A stretch of DNA of 64,000 nucleotides. It comes from Actinomycetota bacterium. Its GTDB lineage: Bacteria; Actinomycetota; Acidimicrobiia; Acidimicrobiales; JAJPHD01. Below the pieces are notes generated by a model, which was given only the letters and a program-made list of their open reading frames with translations, made no database searches and had not been told where the DNA came from. Position 1 is the stretch's first letter. Each line of letters starts with the position of its first letter. A program made the translations under genes and the position numbers. This document shows, one piece after another, positions 45,842 to 54,026 of this stretch. The stretch lies in the NCBI GenBank assembly GCA_021325455.1, contig JAJPHD010000010.1, positions 257,248-321,247 of the forward strand, given 5' to 3'.

Positions 45842-46282
45842 CCCGGCCGGCGGGGCTTCCTGGGGGACGCCGAGGAGCACGTCGGCCACGACCACCGGGA
45901 CGGGGAGCGGCTGGCGCAGGGCCAGGGTGAGCCCGTCGGAGGGACGGCAGGGCACCACCTCCCGGCTCCCGTCCTTCACGAGGACGAGCTCCCCCAGGTA
46001 GGTGGACCCTTCCCGGCCCGTGATGCGCAGCACCTCGAGGCGGGCCCCGAGGCGGCCCAGGACGTCAGTGAACAGCTCGTGGGTGAGGGGGCGGGGGGAG
46101 GCCACCCGGCGCCAGGCCATGGCCAGGGCCACCCCTTCGGCCTGCCCGACCGGGAACCACAGCTCCCGCCACGGCTCGTCCCGCTCACGCAATATCACCG
46201 TGGGATGCACGCTCGGCAGGTCGACCACGACGTCGACCAGCTCCACCTGGCGCATCCCCTCGTAGTCCTCCAGCAGTCCCAT
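45713..46282 (-). CDS. bifunctional nuclease (BFN/DUF151) domain protein
   Basis: VILRERDEPWRELWFPVGQAEGVALA is present. The start is ATG 46282. The acidic, Gly-rich tail runs 129 nt into the 3' end of the convergent SEDS gene. Confidence 0.75.
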   Translation of the reverse strand: MGLLEDYEGMRQVELVDVVVDLPSVHPTVILRERDEPWRELWFPVGQAEGVALAMAWRRVASPRPLTHELFTDVLGRLGARLEVLRITGREGSTYLGELVLVKDGSREVVPCRPSDGLTLALRQPLPVPVVVADVLLGVPQEAPPAGSGARGEGGGLGGEPHEHPYEDVVGDEGRPAVGDEGQGDAGQG

Positions 46283-46298
46283 GGCCGGGTGCCGGGGC

Positions 46299-47441
46299 TC
46301 AGGTGTAACGGCGCATGGCCACGTTGAGAGCCAAGCCGATGGAGGCAAAGAAGGCGATGGTGGCGGACCCCCCATAGCTCACCAGGGGAAGGGGGATGCC
46401 AGTGATGGGCATGATGCCCATGGTCATACCTACGTTCTGGAAGACGGAGAAGGCGATGAACGCCACCACGCCGCCAGCCAGCAGGCGGCCGTACTGGTCC
46501 TTGGCCAGCTGGGCAGCCCGGAGCAGGCGCCACACCATGAGGGCGAAGAGGCCGAGGAGGGAGGCGGCCCCCACGAACCCCAGCTGCTCCCCCACGGCGG
46601 TGAAGATGAAGTCCGTGTACTGCTCGGGGACGTAGCCGAGGTTGGTCTGAGGGGCCTTGAACAGCCCCTGGCCGAACACCCCTCCCGAGCCGATGGCGAT
46701 CTTGGACTGCTGGAGGGTGTAGCCGGCCGGGCCGGGGGTGTTCGGGTGCAGAAAGGTGGTGATGCGGGCCGCCTGGTAGGACTTGAGCATCCCCAGGCTC
46801 ACCACGGCGACCAGCCCCACCAGGCCCAGGATGCCCAGTCCCACGAGGTAGCGGGCCCTCACCCCCGCCACCACCAGCATGGCCACGAAGGTGACCACCA
46901 TGACGATGGCCGACCCCAGGTCGGGCTGCTTCACCACTAACAGAGTGGGGATGCCCGCCATGGCGAGGAGGACGAGGAGCCGGCGGAGCCCGATGCGCTC
47001 GTCCCGCCGGCGGTGGCAGTAGGTCGCAACGGCCAGGATGAGAGCAAGGGCTCCGAAGGCGGACGGCTGGACCTGGACCGGCCCGATCTGGTACCAGCGG
47101 GCCGCCCCCAGGGCGCTCCTGCCCACGGCGAAGATCCCCACCAGCATCACCAGGATCAGCCCGTAAAAGGCGTAGCCCCACCCCTCGTAGCGCCGGTAGT
47201 CCACGGACGCCACGAGGATCATGGCGACCAGCCCCAGGAGGGTCCACACCGCCTGACGGTCCAGGTAGTGGTGCGGGTTGAGGCCGGCCTGCACCAGCTG
47301 GGCCCGGGTGGCGGTGTAGACCATCAGGACCCCGAGGGCCGAGACGGCCAACGTGCAGAGAACGAGCACCACGTCCACGTGGAGCAGGAGCCGGCGCCAT
47401 GAAGCCTGGTGGCGCCGGCGGTCAAGAACGAACTGGGCCAA
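46299..47441 (-). CDS. rodA: SEDS-family peptidoglycan glycosyltransferase (RodA-like)
   Basis: PEQYTDFIFTAVGEQLGFVG and MPITGIPLPLVSYGGS are present. The TTG start has GGGAG 5 nt upstream. Confidence 0.9.
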   Translation of the reverse strand: MAQFVLDRRRHQASWRRLLLHVDVVLVLCTLAVSALGVLMVYTATRAQLVQAGLNPHHYLDRQAVWTLLGLVAMILVASVDYRRYEGWGYAFYGLILVMLVGIFAVGRSALGAARWYQIGPVQVQPSAFGALALILAVATYCHRRRDERIGLRRLLVLLAMAGIPTLLVVKQPDLGSAIVMVVTFVAMLVVAGVRARYLVGLGILGLVGLVAVVSLGMLKSYQAARITTFLHPNTPGPAGYTLQQSKIAIGSGGVFGQGLFKAPQTNLGYVPEQYTDFIFTAVGEQLGFVGAASLLGLFALMVWRLLRAAQLAKDQYGRLLAGGVVAFIAFSVFQNVGMTMGIMPITGIPLPLVSYGGSATIAFFASIGLALNVAMRRYT

Positions 47442-47532
47442 GGTCGCTCCCGTCGCTTCTCTGGCAGGGCCGGCCAGCCACCGGCCGGCTCCCTTGCACC
47501 CTAGCCCGCCAGCAGCGGTACCTCTGGCGCGC

Positions 47533-48417
47533 TCAGCCGCCCCTGATGGCGCGGGGATCGGTGGCAGGAAGCGGGTCGTCCAGGGGTACGGCCATGGTGG
47601 GGCGGAGGTTCCTGTGCTCCTCCCCGCTCAGGCGGACCGCCGTGCCCAGGGCGAAGAACTCGATGGCCCGCGACCCCCAGGCATGCCCCCTCTCCGTGGT
47701 GGTCACCCCGACCACGCCCTCGGCTCCCAGCTGGCGGGCCTGGGACTGCAGGCGCTCCATGGCCAGCTCCCTCGCCTGGTAGAAGGCCTGGGTGAAGGGG
47801 ACGAGCTCCACGTTCTGGCCCTGGCGGCCCATCCACTGGCCCAGCCCCTGGCGGCCCACCCGGTAGACGCAGCTGCCCATCACCAGTCCCAGAGGCTCGT
47901 AGCCGGCCCGCTGGAGGAGGTAGAAGTCCTGGCCCGAGAGGTCGCTCGTGAACGGGCGGCGCTGTCGGCGTGGCAGGGCGCCGGGCCCGCCCGCCACTGC
48001 CGTGCCTATGGCCACGAACTCCATCAGGTGACGGGCCGGTTCGAACATGTCGATCGTGAGCCGGACCCCCACCACCCCGTCCCCCCCGACCTGGCGGCAG
48101 TCGGCGATGAGCCGGTGGGTCACCTCGTTGCGGGCCTGAGCCATGGCCTCCGAGAGGGTCGTGATCTCGCTGCTCTGGCCGAGGCCGGTGAAGGTGTAGC
48201 CCACGTGGTAGATGGCGCTGGCCATGACCAGCCCCCTCGGCTCGTACCCCACCTCCTTGAGGAGGATGGCCTCGTCCACGCTGAGGTCGGAGGAGAAGAC
48301 CCGTCCCTCGTGGCGCTCTCCCCTGCCCTCCCGCAGGCAGGCAATGGCGGCGTCGGCGGGCGCCTCCGCCACCGGCCCCCGGTCCTGCCGGTCGAGGGGT
48401 TCCCGCCCGGTGCTCAC
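47533..48417 (-). CDS. tandem double YbjQ/UPF0145-like domain protein (paralogue 3)
   Basis: Two modules start at FSSDLSVDEA and FTSDLSGQDF. Each ends ...LGA(E)GVVGV...EF.A(I/L)GTAV. The GTG start forms GTGA with the paralogue 2 stop. Confidence 0.8.
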   Translation of the reverse strand: MSTGREPLDRQDRGPVAEAPADAAIACLREGRGERHEGRVFSSDLSVDEAILLKEVGYEPRGLVMASAIYHVGYTFTGLGQSSEITTLSEAMAQARNEVTHRLIADCRQVGGDGVVGVRLTIDMFEPARHLMEFVAIGTAVAGGPGALPRRQRRPFTSDLSGQDFYLLQRAGYEPLGLVMGSCVYRVGRQGLGQWMGRQGQNVELVPFTQAFYQARELAMERLQSQARQLGAEGVVGVTTTERGHAWGSRAIEFFALGTAVRLSGEEHRNLRPTMAVPLDDPLPATDPRAIRGG

Positions 48418-49490
48418 CGCCGGTCCCGGAGGCGCATCATGGCAAGCGGGGCCTCGGGCATGGGGGCAGCGCTGAAGCGGCGCACGGCGGTGCCGAGGCT
48501 GAACAGCTCCAGCAGCTTGGCCTCCCCGGGGAGCTCGTGGATGGAGAACTCGATCTCGACCCCGATCACGCCGTCACCCACCTCGGCGGCCTCCCTTTCC
48601 AGGCGGTCCACGGCAATCTCCCGGCAGCGCCGGGCCGCCTCGCTGATCTGGGGGAGCTCGGTGTTGGACCACGATCCCATGCGCCATTCCATGCCGCACC
48701 CCGGGTCCACCTCGATGGCGCAGATGCCCATGACCAGGCTGCAGGGCACATACCCCGAGCCGATCAGCTTGCCCAGCTCCTGGCCGCTCAGGTGGGAGGT
48801 GAAGGGGAACGGGAGCGGCGGGGCCCCGGGGCGGTGGATGGCCGTGCCCACGGCGGTGAACTCCACCAGGCCGGCCACCCCTTCGGGCCGGGTGAAGCGC
48901 AGCCTCACCCCCGCCACGCCGTGGGCCCCGAGCTCCTGGGCCTCCTCCGCCATGCGGGACATGGCCAGGTTGCGGGCCTCCACCATGCCCCGTTCGTGCA
49001 GGGTGTGCTCCCAGTTGTAACCGGTGCGCATGTCCTCGTGGGCGAAGCGGTGAGGGCAGTACCACACGCTCGAGTAGCCGCCCCCGGCGGCGCCGAAGTA
49101 CCTGTAGCCCCACTGGGCCCCTATCCGGTACACGGAGCTGCCGAGGACCATGCCCAGGGGCTCGAAGCCGGCGGCCCGCACCGCCGCCAGCTCCGCGACC
49201 GAGAGGTCGCTGGTCCAGGCCCCTCCCTCCGCTTCGGCATCGGCCAGGCGCTGGCGGGCCGAAACCGGCAGCCCCCCGTGCTCCAGGGCTTCGATGCTCG
49301 CCTCCGCCCGGGCCTGCCCGGCGGCCTCGTCCAGCATCCCGGAGGGCTCGCCCCGCTCCACCCGCCCGGGGGGCGGGCCCTGCCGCCCGGGCGCCTCCGG
49401 CGCCCTCCCCCCTCCCCGGGCGGCAGGTCCCTCTCCGGGGACCATGCCCCCGGCGCCATCTCCCCGGCCGGAGGGCCGGCGGTCGTCCAT
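48414..49490 (-). CDS. tandem double YbjQ/UPF0145-like domain protein (paralogue 2, divergent, with insertions)
   Basis: Modules start at WTSDLSVAEL and FTSHLSGQEL. The ATG overlaps the paralogue 1 stop (TGATG). The first ~50 codons are G/P/R-rich, so an alternative start at Met52 (49337) is possible. Confidence 0.75.
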   Translation of the reverse strand: MDDRRPSGRGDGAGGMVPGEGPAARGGGRAPEAPGRQGPPPGRVERGEPSGMLDEAAGQARAEASIEALEHGGLPVSARQRLADAEAEGGAWTSDLSVAELAAVRAAGFEPLGMVLGSSVYRIGAQWGYRYFGAAGGGYSSVWYCPHRFAHEDMRTGYNWEHTLHERGMVEARNLAMSRMAEEAQELGAHGVAGVRLRFTRPEGVAGLVEFTAVGTAIHRPGAPPLPFPFTSHLSGQELGKLIGSGYVPCSLVMGICAIEVDPGCGMEWRMGSWSNTELPQISEAARRCREIAVDRLEREAAEVGDGVIGVEIEFSIHELPGEAKLLELFSLGTAVRRFSAAPMPEAPLAMMRLRDRR

Positions 49491-50308
49491 CAGCGGTCCA
49501 ACGAGAGGACCATTCGGGGCTGGTCGATCACGTGGTCGGGCCTGAGCGGCCGCACGGCAGTGCCCACGGCCAGGAACTCGATCACGTGGCTGCCCCAGAA
49601 GTGGGACTTCTCCACCAGCTGGACGCCCACTATCCCCTCGGCTCCGAGCTTCTCGGCCTCCTCCTGCATCCGCTCCATGGCCAGCTCACGGGCCTCGTAG
49701 AGGGCCTGGGTGAAGTTGGGCATCTCGGTGTTCTGGCCGATCTGGCCCAGCTTGGCACCGATGCCCTGGTGGGCCACGTGGTAGACACAGGTGCCCATCA
49801 CCAGACCGAGGGGCATGTAGCCCGACTGGACGAGGGTCCAGAAGTCCTGGCCCGACAGGTCACTGGTGAACGGCATGCCCGTGGGGGCCCGCCAGCTCGT
49901 CCCGTCCGAGGACGAGACGGCGGTGCCGATGGCGATGAACTCGGCCGAGTGCTGCCCCCACTCGTAGAAGTTGATGTCCAGGCGGACGCCGACCACCCCG
50001 TCCGCCCCGAGCAGGTTGGCCTCCTCCTCCATCCTGGTCATGGCCAGCTCCCGGGCCGTGTACATGGCCTGGCTGAGGGTGGTGAGCTCCTGGTTCTTGC
50101 CCCAGCTCTTGCGCTGCAGGCCGATGTGGTAGATGGAGCTGCCGAAGACCAGTCCCCTCGGGTCGAAGCCGGCCTCCTTCACGAGCAGGAACTCGTTGAC
50201 GGACAGGTCGGAGGTGAACAGGCCCCGGCGGCCCTCCCCGGTCTCGGACTCCTCGAGGCGGCGGAGGGCATCGGGGGGGAGGCCGGCCGTGGGGTCCGTC
50301 GTGGCCAT
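49490..50308 (-). CDS. tandem double YbjQ/UPF0145-like domain protein (paralogue 1)
   Basis: Modules start at FTSDLSVNEF and FTSDLSGQDF. I prefer ATG 50308 (GAAGGAG 9 nt upstream) over TTG 50317. Confidence 0.8.
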   Translation of the reverse strand: MATTDPTAGLPPDALRRLEESETGEGRRGLFTSDLSVNEFLLVKEAGFDPRGLVFGSSIYHIGLQRKSWGKNQELTTLSQAMYTARELAMTRMEEEANLLGADGVVGVRLDINFYEWGQHSAEFIAIGTAVSSSDGTSWRAPTGMPFTSDLSGQDFWTLVQSGYMPLGLVMGTCVYHVAHQGIGAKLGQIGQNTEMPNFTQALYEARELAMERMQEEAEKLGAEGIVGVQLVEKSHFWGSHVIEFLAVGTAVRPLRPDHVIDQPRMVLSLDR

Positions 50309-50332
50309 GGAGGGCAACTCCTTCTCGGGTCG

Positions 50333-50725
50333 TCAGGTGAGCAGGGACTGCAAGGCGTTCCTGGTGGCGGCGCTGCGCCTGGCCTCCTCGGCCAGCAGCT
50401 GGGCCAGGCGGACCAGCCATCCGTCGAGGTCGAGGTCCTCGGTCTTGAGCACGATCCCCCGCACCGAGCGCCGGGCCTGGCAGGTGATCCGGCCCTTGTC
50501 CCGGGTGGCGCTCAGCACCATGTCACCCAGGTCCACGACGATGGAGCGCACCCGGTTGTCCCTCTTCAAGAAGCCCCCGCCCCGTTCCAGGGTGACGCGC
50601 TCGCCCAGGGCCGAGCGCAGCTTCGTCCCCAGTACCTCGAAGAAGGTCTCGTTGTCGGGGGCGTCAGCCCGCAACGATGCGGTCAGGAGGTCCAGATCGG
50701 TGGGTTCGACTGGGAGGTCGCCCAT
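50333..50725 (-). CDS. hypothetical protein (130 aa), first gene of the YbjQ-like operon
   Basis: ATG start with good GC3. It lies 15 nt upstream of the RBS of the next gene. No family was recognised. Confidence 0.55.
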   Translation of the reverse strand: MGDLPVEPTDLDLLTASLRADAPDNETFFEVLGTKLRSALGERVTLERGGGFLKRDNRVRSIVVDLGDMVLSATRDKGRITCQARRSVRGIVLKTEDLDLDGWLVRLAQLLAEEARRSAATRNALQSLLT

Positions 50726-50784
50726 ACAGGAGCGATGGTAGCCCGCGTAGAATCGGGACCGCCGACCCGCGGAACGGAGTGCCG

Positions 50785-51900
50785 ATGAGCGTCTTCAAGC
50801 GTCTGTCCCTCGTCTTCCAGCAGAAGGCGAACGCGGCCCTGGACAAGGCCGAGAACCCGGCCGAGGCCCTCGACCTCTCCTACCAGAAGATGGTGGAGCA
50901 GCTGCAGCAGGTGCGCCGCTCCATCGCTGACGTGCTGACGGCCCAGAAGCGCCTCGAGGCCCAGAAGGCGACCCTCCAGGCCCAGTACGACAAGCTCCAG
51001 GGCCAGGCCCGCCAGGCGCTGAGCCAGGGCCAGGAGCAGCTGGCCCGCACCGCCCTGGAGCGGGCCCAGATCGTCTCGGCCCAGGCCGAGGGGCTGGGGC
51101 CCCAGATAGAGAACCTCCGCAACCAGGAGAGCCAGCTCGAGCTGACGGGCCAGAAGCTGGCGGCCAAGGTCGAGGCGTTCCGCATGCAGAGGGACACCAT
51201 GAAGGCCCAGTACACGGCGGCCCGGGCCAGCACCCAGGCCATCGAGGGGATCTCGGGCCTCTCCGAGGAGATGGCCGACGTGTCCATGATGGTCGAGCGG
51301 GCCCAGGACAAGGTCAACAGCCTCCAGGCCCGGGCCCAGGCCGTGGGCGAGCTGGCCGACTCGGGCGTGCTCGACATGACCGCCATAGGCCAGGCTCCCG
51401 GGGACGACATCGACCGCCAGCTCCGCCAGATCAGCAGCGGCCAGGCTGTGGACCAGCAGATGGCAGCCCTCAAGGCCGAGCTGGGCCAGGGAGGTGGGCC
51501 CCCTCCCTCGGGAGAGCTCGAGGAGGGGACGCTGGTGGTCCGCATCGCCGGCAACGACCAGTACCGCCTCCCCGTCTCGATCCGCCCTGCCCTGGACGGG
51601 CTGGACGCCGCTCTGGTGCGGGCCATCGACTCCAACGACGCCGAGGGGTTCGCCCAGTGCACGGCCGAGCTGATCAAGCTCATCCACTCGACGGGGCAGA
51701 AGCTCGAGCGCGACGACCTGCGCTCCTCGGACCTCATCGTGCCCTCGGCGGACATGACAGTGGAGGACGCCAAGCGCCTCATGGCCGAAGGCGGTGGCAC
51801 GACCGGCCCGGGCGGCGCCGGACAGGGTCCGGGGGCCTCCGGGACGGGCCCTTCCCCCGAGGGGAGCGCTACGGGCGCCGGCCAGCCCGGAGCCGGGTAG
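50785..51900 (+). CDS. pspA: PspA/IM30 (ESCRT-III-like) protein with an extra C-terminal globular domain and a G/P-rich tail
   Basis: MSVFKRLSLVFQQKANAALDKAENPAEALDLSYQKM... is typical of the PspA coiled-coil region (~220 aa). The ATG has GGAG 6 nt upstream, and a TAGAAT -10 candidate lies at 50747-50752. Confidence 0.9.
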   Translation: MSVFKRLSLVFQQKANAALDKAENPAEALDLSYQKMVEQLQQVRRSIADVLTAQKRLEAQKATLQAQYDKLQGQARQALSQGQEQLARTALERAQIVSAQAEGLGPQIENLRNQESQLELTGQKLAAKVEAFRMQRDTMKAQYTAARASTQAIEGISGLSEEMADVSMMVERAQDKVNSLQARAQAVGELADSGVLDMTAIGQAPGDDIDRQLRQISSGQAVDQQMAALKAELGQGGGPPPSGELEEGTLVVRIAGNDQYRLPVSIRPALDGLDAALVRAIDSNDAEGFAQCTAELIKLIHSTGQKLERDDLRSSDLIVPSADMTVEDAKRLMAEGGGTTGPGGAGQGPGASGTGPSPEGSATGAGQPGAG

Positions 51901-51909
51901 GAGGACCTG

Positions 51910-51943
51910 GCAGGGCGCCCTGGCCCGCAGGGGGGCGCCCTGC
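51910..51943. terminator. bidirectional terminator-like hairpin between convergent pspA and aroE
   Basis: GCAGGGCGCCC/GGGCGCCCTGC forms an 11-bp perfect stem with a 12-nt loop. There is no clear U-tract. Confidence 0.45.
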
Positions 51944-51946
51944 TGC

Positions 51947-52891
51947 TCAGCCCTCGAGCTGTCCAGGCGGGCTCCCACCCGGGTCGGGTCCGGTCGCCGG
52001 GCCCTCCACCAGCCCTTCCCTGGCCGCCGCCCACATGGCCTCGACGGGGGCGTCCAGGCCCGTCCACAGCCGGAAGGACCGGGCCGCCTGCCGCACCAGC
52101 ATGGGCAGGCCGTTGGCGGTGCGGGCGCCGCGGCGGGCCGCCTGGGCCAGGAGCTCGGTCCGCTCCGGGCGGTAGACGAGGTCGACGACCAGCTGTCCCG
52201 GGCCCAGGCATTGCGACGGGACCGGGGATCCGGCCGTCGCAATGCCTGGGCCCGGGGTCCCCCGTCCGGCTGTCCCGGCTGTGGGGGTCCCCGGTCCGGC
52301 CCTCCCGGCCATGCCCACAGGAGTGGCGTTGACCACCAGGTCCGCCTCCCCCGCCTGCTCCACCGCCGCGACCCTGCCCACCCCTGCAGCCAGGGCCACC
52401 GCCTCCTCGGCCCGGGCCGGCGTCCGGTTGGCCACCAGGACCTGCCTGGCCCCGGCCCGGGACAGCGCCAGGATCACCGCTCGGGCCGCCCCGCCGGCCC
52501 CCACCACCAGGCACCGGCACCCCTCGGGCTCGAACCCCAGGTCCATGCGCAGGCTGTCCAGGAAGCCGTCACCGTCGGTGCTCTCCCCCACCACCCCGCC
52601 CCCAGCGGGCACCAAGGTGTTGGCCGCGCCCAGGGCAGCGACGGTGGGGCTCACCCGATCGAGGTGGGGCAGGACAGCGGCCTTGTGGGGCATGGTGACG
52701 TTGAGCCCGGCGATGCCCAGGGCCCTCACCGCCTCCACCGCTCCCCCCACGCGGCCGGCGGCCACGGGGAAGGCCAGGTAGACCCAGTCCAGGCCCAGGG
52801 CCTCGAAGGCGGCGTTGTGGAGGGCCGGGGACAGCGAGTGCCCCACCGGGTCGCCGATCACCCCGGCCAGGCGAGTGGACCCTGTCGCCAC
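51947..52891 (-). CDS. aroE: shikimate dehydrogenase
   Basis: GVIGDPVGHSLSPALHNAAF and NATPVGM are present. The start is GTG 52891, 5 nt after the mltG stop. It contains a G/P/T-rich insertion. Confidence 0.88.
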   Translation of the reverse strand: MATGSTRLAGVIGDPVGHSLSPALHNAAFEALGLDWVYLAFPVAAGRVGGAVEAVRALGIAGLNVTMPHKAAVLPHLDRVSPTVAALGAANTLVPAGGGVVGESTDGDGFLDSLRMDLGFEPEGCRCLVVGAGGAARAVILALSRAGARQVLVANRTPARAEEAVALAAGVGRVAAVEQAGEADLVVNATPVGMAGRAGPGTPTAGTAGRGTPGPGIATAGSPVPSQCLGPGQLVVDLVYRPERTELLAQAARRGARTANGLPMLVRQAARSFRLWTGLDAPVEAMWAAAREGLVEGPATGPDPGGSPPGQLEG

Positions 52892-52895
52892 GGCC

Positions 52896-54026
52896 CTACC
52901 CGGCCAGCCCCCGCTTTCGGGCCAGGGCCATGTTGGCCTGCTGGCCGGCATAGGTGCTGGAGAAGGCCTCGGCACCGTTCCTGCTCACCACCACGTAGTA
53001 CAGCCATGGGCCGGGGGTGGGATGGAGGGCGGCCTTGAGGGAGGCCAGGCCGGGGCTGGCTATGGGGGTGGGGGGGAGGCCCGTCACCCGGTAGGTGTTG
53101 TAAGGGGACTTGGGGGCCACGTCGGCAGGGTCCTTGCCCTGGAGGGCCCTGGGGTTCCCACCGGCCGCATAGATGACGGTGGCGTCCACCTGGAGGGGCA
53201 TGCCGGCGTTGAGCCGGTTGTAGATGACCCTGGCAACCTTGCCCCGGTCGGCCGGCAACTTGGCCTCCTTCTCGATCATGGAGGCCACGATCACGGCCTG
53301 GTAGGGGGTGATGTGGTCCTTTGTGGCCTCCCGGCGGAGGTGGATGGCGGCCGCCTCCTGGTCGAAACGGCTCACCATCATGCCCAGGATGGTCTTGTAG
53401 CTCGCCGTGGGCTCGAAGGAGTAGGTGTCGGGGAAGAGCAGGCCTTCCAGGTCCCTGCTCCCCTTCGGCTCGTAGGGCGAGCGAACCGTCCCGCTCCTGG
53501 CCAGGGCCAGGAACCGGGTGGCCGACCGGCCCCGGAGATGGCCCACCCGCTCTGCTATCTGGTCCAGGGTGAAGCCCGGCGGGATCGTCACGTGCTCAAG
53601 GACGGGCCCCTTCGCCAGCACCGAGAGCAAGGTGGCGAACGGCTCGTGCTCGTGCAGCTGGTAGGTGCCGGGATGGATGGGCTTGGCCCCCTCGAAGTGC
53701 AGGTACAGGCGGAACACGAGGGGGCTCCCGATGATCCCCCGCTTGGACAGCTGGCTGGCCAGGCCGGAGAGCGTCGCCCCGGAGGGGACGGTGAAGTTGA
53801 CGACCCTGCCCTCCTTGGCCGGGTCGACCTGCTGGCCCACCCAGTGGTCCAGGTAGGCGGCCGCCCCGGCCACGAGGAGGAGCACGACCAGCAGGCCCAC
53901 CAGCCATGCCCGCCACCTCCGGCGGGGGTACCAGTCGTCGGCCGCCTCCCCCTCCGGTTCCCAGATCTCGTCGGCCTCCCGGTCGGCCAGGGCTGCCCCC
54001 TCCCCCCAGCGGTCCTCCTCCATCAC
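52896..54026 (-). CDS. mltG: endolytic murein transglycosylase (YceG-like)
   Basis: N-terminal TM segment plus the YceG motifs ASMIEKEA and YNRL...LQVDATVIYA. Confidence 0.9.
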   Translation of the reverse strand: MMEEDRWGEGAALADREADEIWEPEGEAADDWYPRRRWRAWLVGLLVVLLLVAGAAAYLDHWVGQQVDPAKEGRVVNFTVPSGATLSGLASQLSKRGIIGSPLVFRLYLHFEGAKPIHPGTYQLHEHEPFATLLSVLAKGPVLEHVTIPPGFTLDQIAERVGHLRGRSATRFLALARSGTVRSPYEPKGSRDLEGLLFPDTYSFEPTASYKTILGMMVSRFDQEAAAIHLRREATKDHITPYQAVIVASMIEKEAKLPADRGKVARVIYNRLNAGMPLQVDATVIYAAGGNPRALQGKDPADVAPKSPYNTYRVTGLPPTPIASPGLASLKAALHPTPGPWLYYVVVSRNGAEAFSSTYAGQQANMALARKRGLAG

